Source: Halorhodospira halophila SL1 (GTDB taxonomy: Bacteria; Pseudomonadota; Gammaproteobacteria; Nitrococcales; Halorhodospiraceae). From it: a stretch of 32,000 bases of DNA. A model generated the notes under the pieces. It was not told the DNA's origin. It saw only the letters and a program-made list of their open reading frames with translations, and searched no databases. The translations under genes and the position numbers were made by a program. The stretch covers positions 270,001 through 302,000 of the forward strand of contig NC_008789.1 in assembly GCF_000015585.1 (NCBI RefSeq). The letters run 5' to 3'. The first letter of the stretch is position 1, and each line of letters begins with the position of its first letter. Of this stretch, positions 1 through 7,858 are shown in pieces.

Positions 1-4
1 CACC

Positions 5-865
5 ATGAAACGCATGACCACCGCTGCCGCCACCGCGGCGCTGACCGTGGGCATGGCCAGCGCGGCCAACGCCGACGAGATCCGCATCGGCTGGACGGCC
101 TGGGCCGACGCCGAGTTCGTGACCCGCATGGCCGAGGACGTCATCACCAGCGAGTTCAACACCGACGTCGAGCTCGTCCAGACCGACATCGCCCCGCAGT
201 ACACGGGCCTGGCCCAGGGCGACATCGATCTGATGCTGATGTCCTGGCAGCCGACCACCCACGAGGACTACGTCGAGCAGTTCGGCGACGACATCGTCGA
301 TCTCGGCGTCCTGTACGGCGACGCCGCCCTGGGGTGGATCGTGCCGCAGGACCTCTACGACGAGGGCCTGACCTCCATCGAGGATCTCAAGGATCCGGAG
401 TGGCACGACCGGCTGGACGGCCAGATCCAGGGCATCGACCCGGGCGCCGGCCTCACCCGCCTCTCCCACGACGTCATTGAGGACTACGACCTCGACTACA
501 ACCTGATCGAGGCCTCGGACTCCGCAATGACGGCGGCACTGAACCGGGCTGCTCGCCGCGGGGACGCCATCGTGGTCACCGGCTGGAGCCCGCACTGGAA
601 GTTCGGCGCCTGGAACCTGGCCTACCTGGAGGACCCCAAGGGCAGCCTGGGCGGAGCCGAGTCGATCCACGCCATGGCCCGTCAGGGCTTCGAGGGTGAC
701 CACCCCGAGGTGGCCAGCTTCGCCAGCTGCATCGAGATCGACATCGACCTGCTCAACGAGTACATGTACCTCGGTCGCGAGGAAGGCACCGAGGAGGCTG
801 TTGAGCAGTTCCTCGACGCGGAGGCCGACCTGGTCGATCAGTGGGTGGAGTGCGCCCGCAACTAA
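5..865 (+). CDS. Periplasmic glycine betaine/proline betaine ABC-transporter substrate-binding protein (OpuAC/ProX-like)
   Basis: ATG at 5. Signal peptide MKRMTTAAATAALTVGMASAANA followed by DE. The mature part resembles OpuAC-type betaine binders (IRIGWTAWADAE, LMLMSWQP, GIDPGAGL, TGWSPHWKF). G/C-ending codon bias in this frame. TAA stop at 863-865. The cognate permease and ATPase would lie upstream of the window. Confidence 0.85.
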   Translation: MKRMTTAAATAALTVGMASAANADEIRIGWTAWADAEFVTRMAEDVITSEFNTDVELVQTDIAPQYTGLAQGDIDLMLMSWQPTTHEDYVEQFGDDIVDLGVLYGDAALGWIVPQDLYDEGLTSIEDLKDPEWHDRLDGQIQGIDPGAGLTRLSHDVIEDYDLDYNLIEASDSAMTAALNRAARRGDAIVVTGWSPHWKFGAWNLAYLEDPKGSLGGAESIHAMARQGFEGDHPEVASFASCIEIDIDLLNEYMYLGREEGTEEAVEQFLDAEADLVDQWVECARN

Positions 866-884
866 GCGCCCTCCGGCCCCCACG

Positions 885-917
885 CCGGGCCCGGCCCTTG
901 CCGGGCCCGGGCCGTTT
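885..917 (+). terminator. Candidate intrinsic terminator after the betaine-binding protein gene
   Basis: CCGGGCCCGG (885-894) pairs with a second CCGGGCCCGG (901-910) across the loop CCCTTG, followed by GCCGTTTG. The T tract is short, so strength is uncertain. Confidence 0.5.
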
Positions 918-987
918 GGGCAACACTGAGCGGCGCGTCAAGAAACGCATCACGAATAACGCATAGAGAGCGATAGAGGGAGTCACC

Positions 988-2064
988 ATGAACAACAAGA
1001 CCAAGAGCCTGGTCCTCTCCGGGGCGGCGGTCGCCCTGGCCACGCCGATGTCCTCGGCGCTGGCGCTGGACGACGTCCTGAGCTTCGGGGCGTGGGTGAA
1101 CTACAACTACAACGTTGATGACGACGCCAGCGAGGACCGCTTCGGCGATCTCGACTTCGAGTCCTTCAACATCTACGCCAACCACGAGCACGGCGACTGG
1201 TTCCTCGACTCGGAAGTCCGGTTGGGTAAGGGCAGTTTCCAGGGTTCCGGCATCAGCGAGCAAGGATCTGAAGCCACAGCAGACCGCAATGTCATCGGCA
1301 TTAAGGAACTGGCCATCGGCCGCCACTACGGCGAAGAGTGGACCATGACCATTGGTAAGACCACGGTCCCGTTCACCTACAGCCGTTTTAACTTCTGGCC
1401 GGGCGCCCGCAACATGGCCGGCTTCGACGACCAGGACGGGGTCGGTATCCGGTTCGATAACGACCCGGTCAACACCCCGTTCGACATGAGCCTCATGTTC
1501 GTCAAGAGCCAGAACTTCGGCAACGAGACCACCTCGCTTGACGACGGGCAGCGGACTTTCTGGGGAACCGATGACACTTACCACGTCATGAACACCCTGG
1601 TGGGTGACTTCGGTTTCACCACGGGTGATTTCCGCCACGGTGTCTCGGTGCAGGCAGGTCAGCTGGCCGACCAAGATGATACCGACGAGATCGAGGGCCA
1701 CTACGCGGCCGGTCTGTACTCCGAGGGCACCGTTGGCGCCCTGGACCTCTCCGCGCAGTTCGTGCACTACGACCTCGACGAAGTCGATGGCGACGTAACT
1801 CAAGGCTCCGGCCAGAAAGCCATGGTCAACGTGGGCACCGACGTAGGCAGCTGGTACACCTACAGCGACCTCTCCATGAGTATGCCCGACAGCGATATAG
1901 CAGATGATGACCAGATCGACCTGGTCCTTGGTGGTCGCTACAACTACGGCCCGGGTAACATCTACGTCGAGGTGCTGCTTGAAAACCTCACCGATGATGA
2001 AGATGTCGAGACGAACGATGAGTTCTCTCAGAGCATCGACCTGACCATGGACTACTACTTCTAA
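988..2064 (+). CDS. Putative outer-membrane beta-barrel porin (acidic, family not recognised)
   Basis: SD AGAGGGAG lies upstream of ATG 988. Signal peptide ends ...ATPMSSALA/LDD. Alternating aromatic/polar beta-strand-like segments. C-terminal signature ...DLTMDYYF with a terminal Phe, typical of BAM substrates. Very Asp/Glu rich. Followed by a strong terminator. Confidence 0.7.
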   Translation: MNNKTKSLVLSGAAVALATPMSSALALDDVLSFGAWVNYNYNVDDDASEDRFGDLDFESFNIYANHEHGDWFLDSEVRLGKGSFQGSGISEQGSEATADRNVIGIKELAIGRHYGEEWTMTIGKTTVPFTYSRFNFWPGARNMAGFDDQDGVGIRFDNDPVNTPFDMSLMFVKSQNFGNETTSLDDGQRTFWGTDDTYHVMNTLVGDFGFTTGDFRHGVSVQAGQLADQDDTDEIEGHYAAGLYSEGTVGALDLSAQFVHYDLDEVDGDVTQGSGQKAMVNVGTDVGSWYTYSDLSMSMPDSDIADDDQIDLVLGGRYNYGPGNIYVEVLLENLTDDEDVETNDEFSQSIDLTMDYYF

Positions 2065-2096
2065 ACCCCTCTGGGTCTAGAAGCCATGTAGCCACT

Positions 2097-2131
2097 GCAA
2101 GGGCGCGGCCTCGGTCGCGCCCTTGCTGTTT
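2097..2131 (+). terminator. Rho-independent terminator after the porin gene
   Basis: Perfect 11-bp stem GCAAGGGCGCG / CGCGCCCTTGC with 8-nt loop GCCTCGGT, followed by TGTTT. Confidence 0.8.
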
Positions 2132-2150
2132 GGGGGCCAATGTACGAGGC

Positions 2151-2198
2151 CGTGTTGAGGGGGGCCGACCCCGCATGGGGCTCGGCCCCCTCAACACG
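2151..2198. other. Long imperfect inverted repeat (about 20-bp arms, GCAT loop) between the porin terminator and the BCCT gene
   Basis: CGTGTTGAGGGGGGCCGACCCC-GCAT-GGGGCTCGGCCCCCTCAACACG. The arms are complementary apart from a one-nucleotide offset and mismatches in the middle. No T tract follows. Confidence 0.5.
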
Positions 2199-2308
2199 CA
2201 GCTGCTCAACCGAATTGACTCTCCACCCCCCCTTTGGGAAGCTTTCCCACACTCCGCAACGCGGCATCCTGCCGTACGGATGATCTGAAGCCACAGGGAG
2301 CCCGACCC

Positions 2309-3961
2309 GTGACCGATCCCAACAACACCGATCCGAAAGAGGTGAAGAAGGAGATCGAGGAGCTGGAGCAGGCCTACGAGACCGACCACGAGATCGGCGA
2401 TCAGAACATCAGCACCGAGATCAAGCCCATCGGGCTGGCGCTGGATCTGCACAACCCGGTCTTCATCGTCAGCTCCGCGCTGATCCTCGTCTTCCTCATC
2501 GGCACCCTCATCTTCACGGCCCCCGCCCAGGAGGCGCTGGAAGGCGTCCGCGGCTGGGCCACCAGCAGCTTCGACTGGTTCTTCCTCACCGCCGGCAACA
2601 TCTTCGTCCTCTTCTGCCTGCTGCTGATCGTCCTGCCCCTGGGCAGCATCCGCATCGGCGGACAGGACGCGAAGCCGGACTTCTCGCGACTGTCCTGGTT
2701 CACCATGCTCTTCGCCGCCGGCATGGGCATCGGCCTGATGTTCTGGGCGGTGGCCGAGCCGGTGGGCTACTACACCGAGTGGTTCGGCTCGCCGTTCAAC
2801 ATCGAGGGCGGCACCGACGAGGCGGCCAAGGCGGCCATGGGTGCGACCATGTACCACTGGGGCCTGCACCCGTGGGCCATCTACGGCGTCATGGCGCTGG
2901 CCCTGGCCTTCTTCACCTACAACAAGGGGCTGCCGCTGACCGTGCGCTCGGTCTTCTACCCCCTCCTGGGTGAGCGGGTGTGGGGGCCGCTGGGCCACAT
3001 CATCGACACCGTGGCGGTGCTGGCCACCATCTTCGGCCTGGCCACCTCCCTGGGCTTCGGCGCCCAACAGGCGGCCAGCGGCCTGAGCTACGTCTTCGAG
3101 GCCGTGCCCGATACTCTGGGCACCCAGGTGGCGATCATCATCGGCGTCACGGTGGCGGCGCTCGTCTCGGTGCTGCGCGGCATCGACGGCGGCATCAAGC
3201 TGCTCAGCAACCTCAACATCAGCCTCGCCGGGCTGCTGATGCTCTTCGTCATCATCGCCGGCGGCGCCATCGCCTTCGTCACCCAGCTCTGGCACACCAC
3301 CAGCGCCTACGCCGGGGACTTCTTCGCCCTCTCCAACCCGGTGGGCCGCGAGGACGAGACCTTCCTCCAGGGCTGGACGGCCTTCTACTGGGCGTGGTGG
3401 ATCAGCTGGTCGCCCTTCGTCGGCATGTTCATCGCCCGGGTCTCCCGCGGCCGCACGGTGCGCGAGTTCATGACCGCGGTGCTGATCGTGCCCACGGTGG
3501 TGACCATCTTCTGGATGAGCGCCTTCGGCGGCGTGGGCCTGCAGCAGGCCATCGAGGGCATCGGTGCCCTGGCCGACGGCATCGGCGCCGACGAGTCCAT
3601 GGCCCTGTTCCACATGCTGGAGCAGCTGCCCTGGACCCTGCTCACCGCCTCGGTGGCGGTCTTCCTGGTGCTGGTCTTCTTCGTGACCTCGTCGGACTCC
3701 GGCTCGCTGGTGATCGACAGCATCACCGCCGGCGGCAAGACCGACGCCCCGGACGCCCAGCGCGTCTATTGGGTGGTCATGGAGGGCCTGATCGCCGGTG
3801 TGCTGCTGTTCATCGGCGGGGACGCCGCCCTCAGCGCCCTGCAGGCGGGGGCGGTCTCGGCCGGGCTGCCGTTCACCGTGGTCCTGCTCCTGGTCTGCCT
3901 GAGTCTGCTGATCGGGCTGCGCCACGAGCGGCGGCTGATCAAGCTGACCCAACAGGCCTGA
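2309..3961 (+). CDS. BCCT-family betaine/carnitine/choline transporter
   Basis: Contains the hallmark BCCT tryptophan-rich TM8 segment WTAFYWAWWISWSPFVGMFIARVSRGRT and about 12 predicted TM helices. I place the start at GTG 2309 (VTDPNNTD...), preceded by AGGGAG at 2295-2300. The ORF-track start at 2234 is a TTG with no SD. Confidence 0.93.
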   Translation: MTDPNNTDPKEVKKEIEELEQAYETDHEIGDQNISTEIKPIGLALDLHNPVFIVSSALILVFLIGTLIFTAPAQEALEGVRGWATSSFDWFFLTAGNIFVLFCLLLIVLPLGSIRIGGQDAKPDFSRLSWFTMLFAAGMGIGLMFWAVAEPVGYYTEWFGSPFNIEGGTDEAAKAAMGATMYHWGLHPWAIYGVMALALAFFTYNKGLPLTVRSVFYPLLGERVWGPLGHIIDTVAVLATIFGLATSLGFGAQQAASGLSYVFEAVPDTLGTQVAIIIGVTVAALVSVLRGIDGGIKLLSNLNISLAGLLMLFVIIAGGAIAFVTQLWHTTSAYAGDFFALSNPVGREDETFLQGWTAFYWAWWISWSPFVGMFIARVSRGRTVREFMTAVLIVPTVVTIFWMSAFGGVGLQQAIEGIGALADGIGADESMALFHMLEQLPWTLLTASVAVFLVLVFFVTSSDSGSLVIDSITAGGKTDAPDAQRVYWVVMEGLIAGVLLFIGGDAALSALQAGAVSAGLPFTVVLLLVCLSLLIGLRHERRLIKLTQQA

Positions 3962-3990
3962 CCCCCGGCGCCTCCGGGCGCCCGCAACCG

Positions 3991-4023
3991 CCCCCGGTAC
4001 CCTGTGGGTGCCGGGGGCTTTTT
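3991..4023 (+). terminator. Rho-independent terminator after the BCCT gene
   Basis: CCCCCGGTACCC-TGT-GGGTGCCGGGGG (12-bp stem with one G-U pair), followed by CTTTTT. Confidence 0.8.
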
Positions 4024-4051
4024 CGTCCCCCCCGCCCACGCCCTCCGCGGG

Positions 4052-4060
4052 TGCTAGAAT
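4052..4060 (+). promoter_or_regulatory. Candidate extended -10 promoter (TGcTAGAAT) for the HEAT-repeat protein gene
   Basis: TG-n-TAGAAT sits 29 nt after the BCCT terminator. There is no good -35, which is tolerated by extended -10 promoters. The predicted start site near 4066-4069 lies downstream of the GTG at 4064 and so favours ATG 4091 as the start codon. Confidence 0.4.
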
Positions 4061-4090
4061 CGAGTGCTCACCCACGCCCGACAACCGCCC

Positions 4091-5353
4091 ATGTCCCACT
4101 GGCGAACGCTCTCCGGACTCTTCGGCCCGCGCTGGCGTCACCCGGACCCGGCCACCCGCCGGCGGGCCGCCATGGATCTCGACCCCGACGACCCGGAGAC
4201 CGCCGAGGCGCTGGCCGCCCTGATCGACGACCCGGCCCCGCCGGTGCGCGAGGCCGCCGCCAAGCGCTGCCGAGACCTGGCCACCCTGCGCCGGCTGCGC
4301 CGCCACGACCCGGACGCCAGCGTGCGCACCGCCGCCACGGTCCGCTACCGCCAGCGGCTGGTGGGCGACGTACCGCCGGAGGCGGTAGCCACTGAACTGC
4401 GCCACTGCGACGACCCCACCGTGGCCGCCCATATCGCCCAGCAGGGCCGCACCCCGGCGGTGCGCCGCGCCGCCCTGGAGCATCTGGACCAGGCCCCGGT
4501 CCTGCAGGAGGTGGCCCTCCACGACGACGACCCGGCCACCCGGCTGTACGCCGTGCAGCAGCTCTCCGACCCACAGACCCTGCGGCGCCTGGCCGAGCGT
4601 GCCCGCAGCCTGGCCCCGGACGTGGCCGACGCCGCCGAGCATCGCCTGCACGCCCCGGCGCCGACCACTCCCGAGGCCGACCCCGAGACCGACACCACCG
4701 CTGAACCGGAGCCGGCGGCCGATCCCGCGCCCCCCTGCGAGGACGAGGCGGCCGCCCCATCCACCGGCGCCGCTGCCTCGCTGGCCAACGCCATGACCGG
4801 CCTCGCCGAGGGCGGCTGGTGGCCCGGCTACCACGCCCGCCGGCGGGCGCTGATGGCGCGCTGGCGGGAGCTGGAGGAACCACGCCCCCCGGCGCTGAGC
4901 GAGCGCTTCCGCCAGGCCACCCTGGCGGCCCTGATGCAGCAGCCGCGCAACCACGGCGGCGAGGCCACCCGCACCCGCCTGCAGCTGGAGAACCTGCTCG
5001 CCGAGACCCGGGGGGAGGACGATCCGGCCAGCGCCGTGGGGCAGCGCCTGGAGGCCCTCAGCCGCAGTGTTGCCGAGCTGACCGGCGACCACCCCGATGA
5101 GGCCCGCGCCCGCATCCACCTGCAGCGCCTGGCCCGTCGGGTGCCGCAGATCCGCCCGCGGCGCCCGGTCCGCGCCGGGGTGCGCCCGCCGCATCGCCCT
5201 TCGGCGCCGCACGACCTCCCCGCCCTGGCCCGGAGCCTGGCCGACGCCGAGGCGGCCATCGCCGCCGGCGACCTGCACCGGGTCCGCGCGGCCCTCGGCG
5301 AGGCCCGGCGGCTGGTGGAACCCGCCGAGGCCGGCGAGCCGCCGCAGGGCTAG
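4091..5353 (+). CDS. Hypothetical protein with N-terminal HEAT/PBS-lyase-like repeats, a Pro/Glu/Asp-rich linker and a C-terminal helical (DUF349-like?) region
   Basis: Repeated DP(D/A)xxVRxAA units (DDPAPPVREAAAKR, HDPDASVRTAATVR, DDPTVAAHIAQ, DDPATRLYAVQQL), linker TTPEADPETDTTAEPEPAADPAPP, then Arg/Leu/Glu-rich helices. Codon bias supports this frame over the giant antisense ORF. The start is uncertain: ATG 4091 (no clear SD) or GTG 4064. Confidence 0.6.
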   Translation: MSHWRTLSGLFGPRWRHPDPATRRRAAMDLDPDDPETAEALAALIDDPAPPVREAAAKRCRDLATLRRLRRHDPDASVRTAATVRYRQRLVGDVPPEAVATELRHCDDPTVAAHIAQQGRTPAVRRAALEHLDQAPVLQEVALHDDDPATRLYAVQQLSDPQTLRRLAERARSLAPDVADAAEHRLHAPAPTTPEADPETDTTAEPEPAADPAPPCEDEAAAPSTGAAASLANAMTGLAEGGWWPGYHARRRALMARWRELEEPRPPALSERFRQATLAALMQQPRNHGGEATRTRLQLENLLAETRGEDDPASAVGQRLEALSRSVAELTGDHPDEARARIHLQRLARRVPQIRPRRPVRAGVRPPHRPSAPHDLPALARSLADAEAAIAAGDLHRVRAALGEARRLVEPAEAGEPPQG

Positions 5354-5356
5354 GCC

Positions 5357-5374
5357 CGGCGGCGCGCGCCGCCG
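5357..5374. terminator. GC-only perfect palindrome in the 30-nt gap between convergent genes (possible bidirectional hairpin)
   Basis: CGGCGGCGCGCGCCGCCG is an 18-nt perfect palindrome. No flanking T/A tracts, so terminator function is speculative. Confidence 0.3.
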
Positions 5375-5383
5375 TCCCGGGGG

Positions 5384-6217
5384 TCAGCGGATCAGACGCC
5401 GCCGGAAGAGGTAGGCCGCCACCGAGAAGGCGCCAACAATGTAGACCAGCGGCACCAGCAGGTGCAGCAGCGCCCCCGGCCCGATGCCCTCGCCCACCGC
5501 CAGCGGCCGGACCACCTCGACCATGTGCGCCAGCGGCAGCAGGTAGGCCAGCCCGGCGATCACCGCCGGCAGCTGCTCGATGGGGAAGAAGACCCCGGAG
5601 AGCAGCAGCATCGGGGTCAGCACCAGGGTGAAGTAGTAGAGGAAGAAGTCGTAGCTCGGCGACAGCGCGGTGATGATCAGCGCCATGCTGGCGAAGGCCA
5701 GCCCGGCCAGGAAGACCACCGGCAGCGCCAGGAGCATACCGGGCAGGCTGAGGATGCCCAGGGCCACGGCGACGATGCCGATGGCGCCGGCGCTGAGCAG
5801 CGACTTGCTGGCCGCCCACACCGCCTCACCGAGGACAATGTCGTCCACCGACAGCGGCGCGCCGAGCATCGCCGCCCAGGTCTGCTGGGTCTCCATGCGC
5901 GTGTACGCCGAGTAGAGCGCCTCGAAGCTGGAGGTGAACATGGCGCTGGAGCAGACGATCCCCGAGGCGATGAAGACGCTGTACGGCATCCCCGAATCGA
6001 GCTCGCCGATCAGCGCCCCGAGGCCGTAGCCGAAGGCCAGCAGGTAGAGCACCGGCTCACCGAAGTGGCCGAGCAGCGAGGGCCAGATCAGCCGGCGCCA
6101 GACGCGCAGGTTGCGCTGCCAGACGGGGATGAAGCGCAGGCTCGGCCGCGGCAGCCAGCGTTCGTTCTCGGCCCGCGGCGCGCGTGGCTCGGAGAGGGTC
6201 TCGGCGTGCTCGGGCAT
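5384..6217 (-). CDS. ABC-2 type transporter permease (NodJ/YadH-like)
   Basis: 277 aa starting MPEHAETLSE..., with six hydrophobic segments and an ABC-2 membrane-protein look. ATG 6217 lies 2 nt after the stop of the ATPase gene. The 603-aa ORF in the track is an out-of-frame upstream extension across the ATPase gene. Confidence 0.85.
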   Translation of the reverse strand: MPEHAETLSEPRAPRAENERWLPRPSLRFIPVWQRNLRVWRRLIWPSLLGHFGEPVLYLLAFGYGLGALIGELDSGMPYSVFIASGIVCSSAMFTSSFEALYSAYTRMETQQTWAAMLGAPLSVDDIVLGEAVWAASKSLLSAGAIGIVAVALGILSLPGMLLALPVVFLAGLAFASMALIITALSPSYDFFLYYFTLVLTPMLLLSGVFFPIEQLPAVIAGLAYLLPLAHMVEVVRPLAVGEGIGPGALLHLLVPLVYIVGAFSVAAYLFRRRLIR

Positions 6218-6219
6218 GC

Positions 6220-7164
6220 TCACTCCCGCAGTTCGTGGCCGGTGAGGTGGAGGAAGACGTCCTCGAGGTTGGTCGGACGCTGCAGGTAGGTCAGCCCCTG
6301 GGCCTGCAGGGCGCTGGCCACCGGCGCCGGGTCGTCGGCGTAGAGCAGTACCGTCTCGCCCACCTCGCGCACCCGCGCCGCCCCGGAGAGCCCGGACTGG
6401 CCGAGCCAGGTCCGCGCCTCGTCGCCGCGCAGCTCCACCACGTAGCGCTCCAGATGGCTGCGCGCCAGCGCCGCCGGGCTGTCGCAGTCGATGATCCGGC
6501 CGTGGTCCATGATCGCCAGCCGGTCGCAGAGGCGCTCGGCCTCCTCCATGTAGTGGGTGGTGATCACCAGGGTGCGCCCCTGCTTCTGCAGCGCCCGCAG
6601 CTTCTGCCAGATGTTCTGCCGCGCCTGGGGGTCGAGCCCGGTGGAGGGTTCGTCGAGGACCACCAGATCCGGATCGTTGACCAGCGCCCGGGCCAGGGTC
6701 AGGCGGCGCTTCATGCCGCCGCTGAGCGAGGCGATGGGCGCCTCGGCCTTGCCCTCCAGCGCGGCGAACGCCAGCAGCTCCTCCACCCGCGGCCGCCCCG
6801 CCTCGCGGCTGAGGCCGTGGTAGCTGGCGTAGGTGAAGAGGTTCTCGCGGACGGTGAAGTCCGGATCCAGGTTGTCGATCTGCGGCACCACCCCCATGCG
6901 CGCGCGCATCGCTCGGGCGCGGGCCGGTACCGGCTCGCCGAGGACCTCCAGGGTGCCGCCGTCCGGCGGCGTAACCCCGAGGATCATGCGCAGCGTGGTG
7001 GTCTTGCCGGCGCCGTTGGGCCCGAGCAGCCCGAAGCATTCGCCCCGGGGGACGTGCAGATCGATGCCGTCGACCACCGTAGTCCCGCCGTAGCGCTTGA
7101 GCAGGCCGACGGCCCGGACCGCCGGGCCATCGGCGCGGTCGGATTCGTTCACCATCGGGTCCAT
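6220..7164 (-). CDS. ABC transporter ATP-binding protein (NodI/YadG-like)
   Basis: Walker A GPNGAGKTT, Q-loop VVPQ, signature LSGGMKRR, Walker B LVVLDEPSTGLD, H-loop TTHYMEEA. Confidence 0.95.
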   Translation of the reverse strand: MDPMVNESDRADGPAVRAVGLLKRYGGTTVVDGIDLHVPRGECFGLLGPNGAGKTTTLRMILGVTPPDGGTLEVLGEPVPARARAMRARMGVVPQIDNLDPDFTVRENLFTYASYHGLSREAGRPRVEELLAFAALEGKAEAPIASLSGGMKRRLTLARALVNDPDLVVLDEPSTGLDPQARQNIWQKLRALQKQGRTLVITTHYMEEAERLCDRLAIMDHGRIIDCDSPAALARSHLERYVVELRGDEARTWLGQSGLSGAARVREVGETVLLYADDPAPVASALQAQGLTYLQRPTNLEDVFLHLTGHELRE

Positions 7165-7230
7165 CCCGCATCGCTAGAGGCCGTCGATGGTACACGCTGC
7201 GGCCATCCCCCGCAGCCCGCGCCGCCCGCC

Positions 7231-7851
7231 CTACCCCGGCCCCGCGGACAGCCGCTGCGCCACCTGGGCCAGGTCCTCGGGGGTGTTGACGTTGACCATG
7301 GCCGCCGAGCGGTCGTCGAAGTCCGCCGCGGCCACGCGGTGGCGCCCCAGCCAGGCATGGACGCGCCGCTCGCCGGCGGCCAGGGCGGCGTCGAGGTCGG
7401 CGGCCAGGCCCCGGTGCAGCAGCGCGTAGACCGGCTGCAACCGCCCCCCCAGCCGGGCCACCGCCCCATCGGCACCGGCCGCCTCCAGGGCCGCGGTCAG
7501 CCGCGGGGCCATATCGCCGGGGAGCAGCGGGGCGTCGCAGGGGACCACCAGCACCCGCTCACTCCGGGCGTGGGCCAGGGCACTGGCGATCCCGGCCAGC
7601 GGCCCCAGACCGCCGGGGTGGCAGTCGCCGTCCACCGGAACCCCCAGCGCCCGGTAGCGCGCGGCGTGGCGGTTGGCGTTGATGCGCACGGCGCCGACCT
7701 GGGGAGCCAGCCGGTCGAGGACATGGGCGACCAGGGGGCGGCCGGCCAGGGGGACCAGCCCCTTGTCGCGAGCGCCCATGCGCCGGCCGCTGCCGCCGGC
7801 AAGGATGACGCCGGTAAGCCGCGGGTCGGCAGCAATCGGGCACCCGGCCAC
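7231..7851 (-). CDS. mobA: Molybdenum cofactor guanylyltransferase
   Basis: N-terminal LAGGSGRRMG nucleotide-binding motif, DKGL, and GPLAGIASAL. GTG start at 7851, 7 nt after the moeA stop. Confidence 0.88.
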   Translation of the reverse strand: MAGCPIAADPRLTGVILAGGSGRRMGARDKGLVPLAGRPLVAHVLDRLAPQVGAVRINANRHAARYRALGVPVDGDCHPGGLGPLAGIASALAHARSERVLVVPCDAPLLPGDMAPRLTAALEAAGADGAVARLGGRLQPVYALLHRGLAADLDAALAAGERRVHAWLGRHRVAAADFDDRSAAMVNVNTPEDLAQVAQRLSAGPG

Positions 7852-7858
7852 GCCGGGC

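Noticed and set aside
944-964. A direct repeat AACGCAT-N7-AACGCAT upstream of the porin gene, considered as a possible operator, and TTGACT at 2215-2220, considered as a -35 element for the BCCT gene.
   Set aside because: The motifs are short (7 nt and 6 nt) with no convincing partner -10 elements at proper spacing. They are too weak to call without comparative or transcript-start data.
1265-2296. An exact 15-nt repeat GATCTGAAGCCACAG, once inside the porin CDS (1265-1279) and once just before the BCCT ribosome-binding site (2282-2296). I considered a possible antisense or sRNA pairing site.
   Set aside because: Roughly one exact 15-mer coincidence is expected by chance in 32 kb counted on both strands. 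The copies are direct rather than complementary, and the match does not extend on either side.
1988-5278. A 1096-aa minus-strand ORF spanning the BCCT gene and the HEAT-protein gene, the largest ORF in the track.
   Set aside because: It is antisense to a BCCT transporter with unmistakable family signatures. Its translation is a low-complexity Gly/Arg/Ala/Pro string, and the G/C third-position periodicity follows the plus-strand frames. This is a classic high-GC shadow ORF.
5384-7195. A 603-aa ORF that appears to fuse a long N-terminal region to the ABC-2 permease. There are similar long N-terminal extensions at 20629-21891 (truC), 11599-12621 (DUF1295), 14395-15591 (AAA+), 2234 (BCCT, TTG) and 30980 (HAD).
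   Set aside because: The extensions run through the upstream gene in a different frame and have low-complexity composition. Internal ATG/GTG codons with SD sequences or start/stop coupling give proteins of the normal family length.
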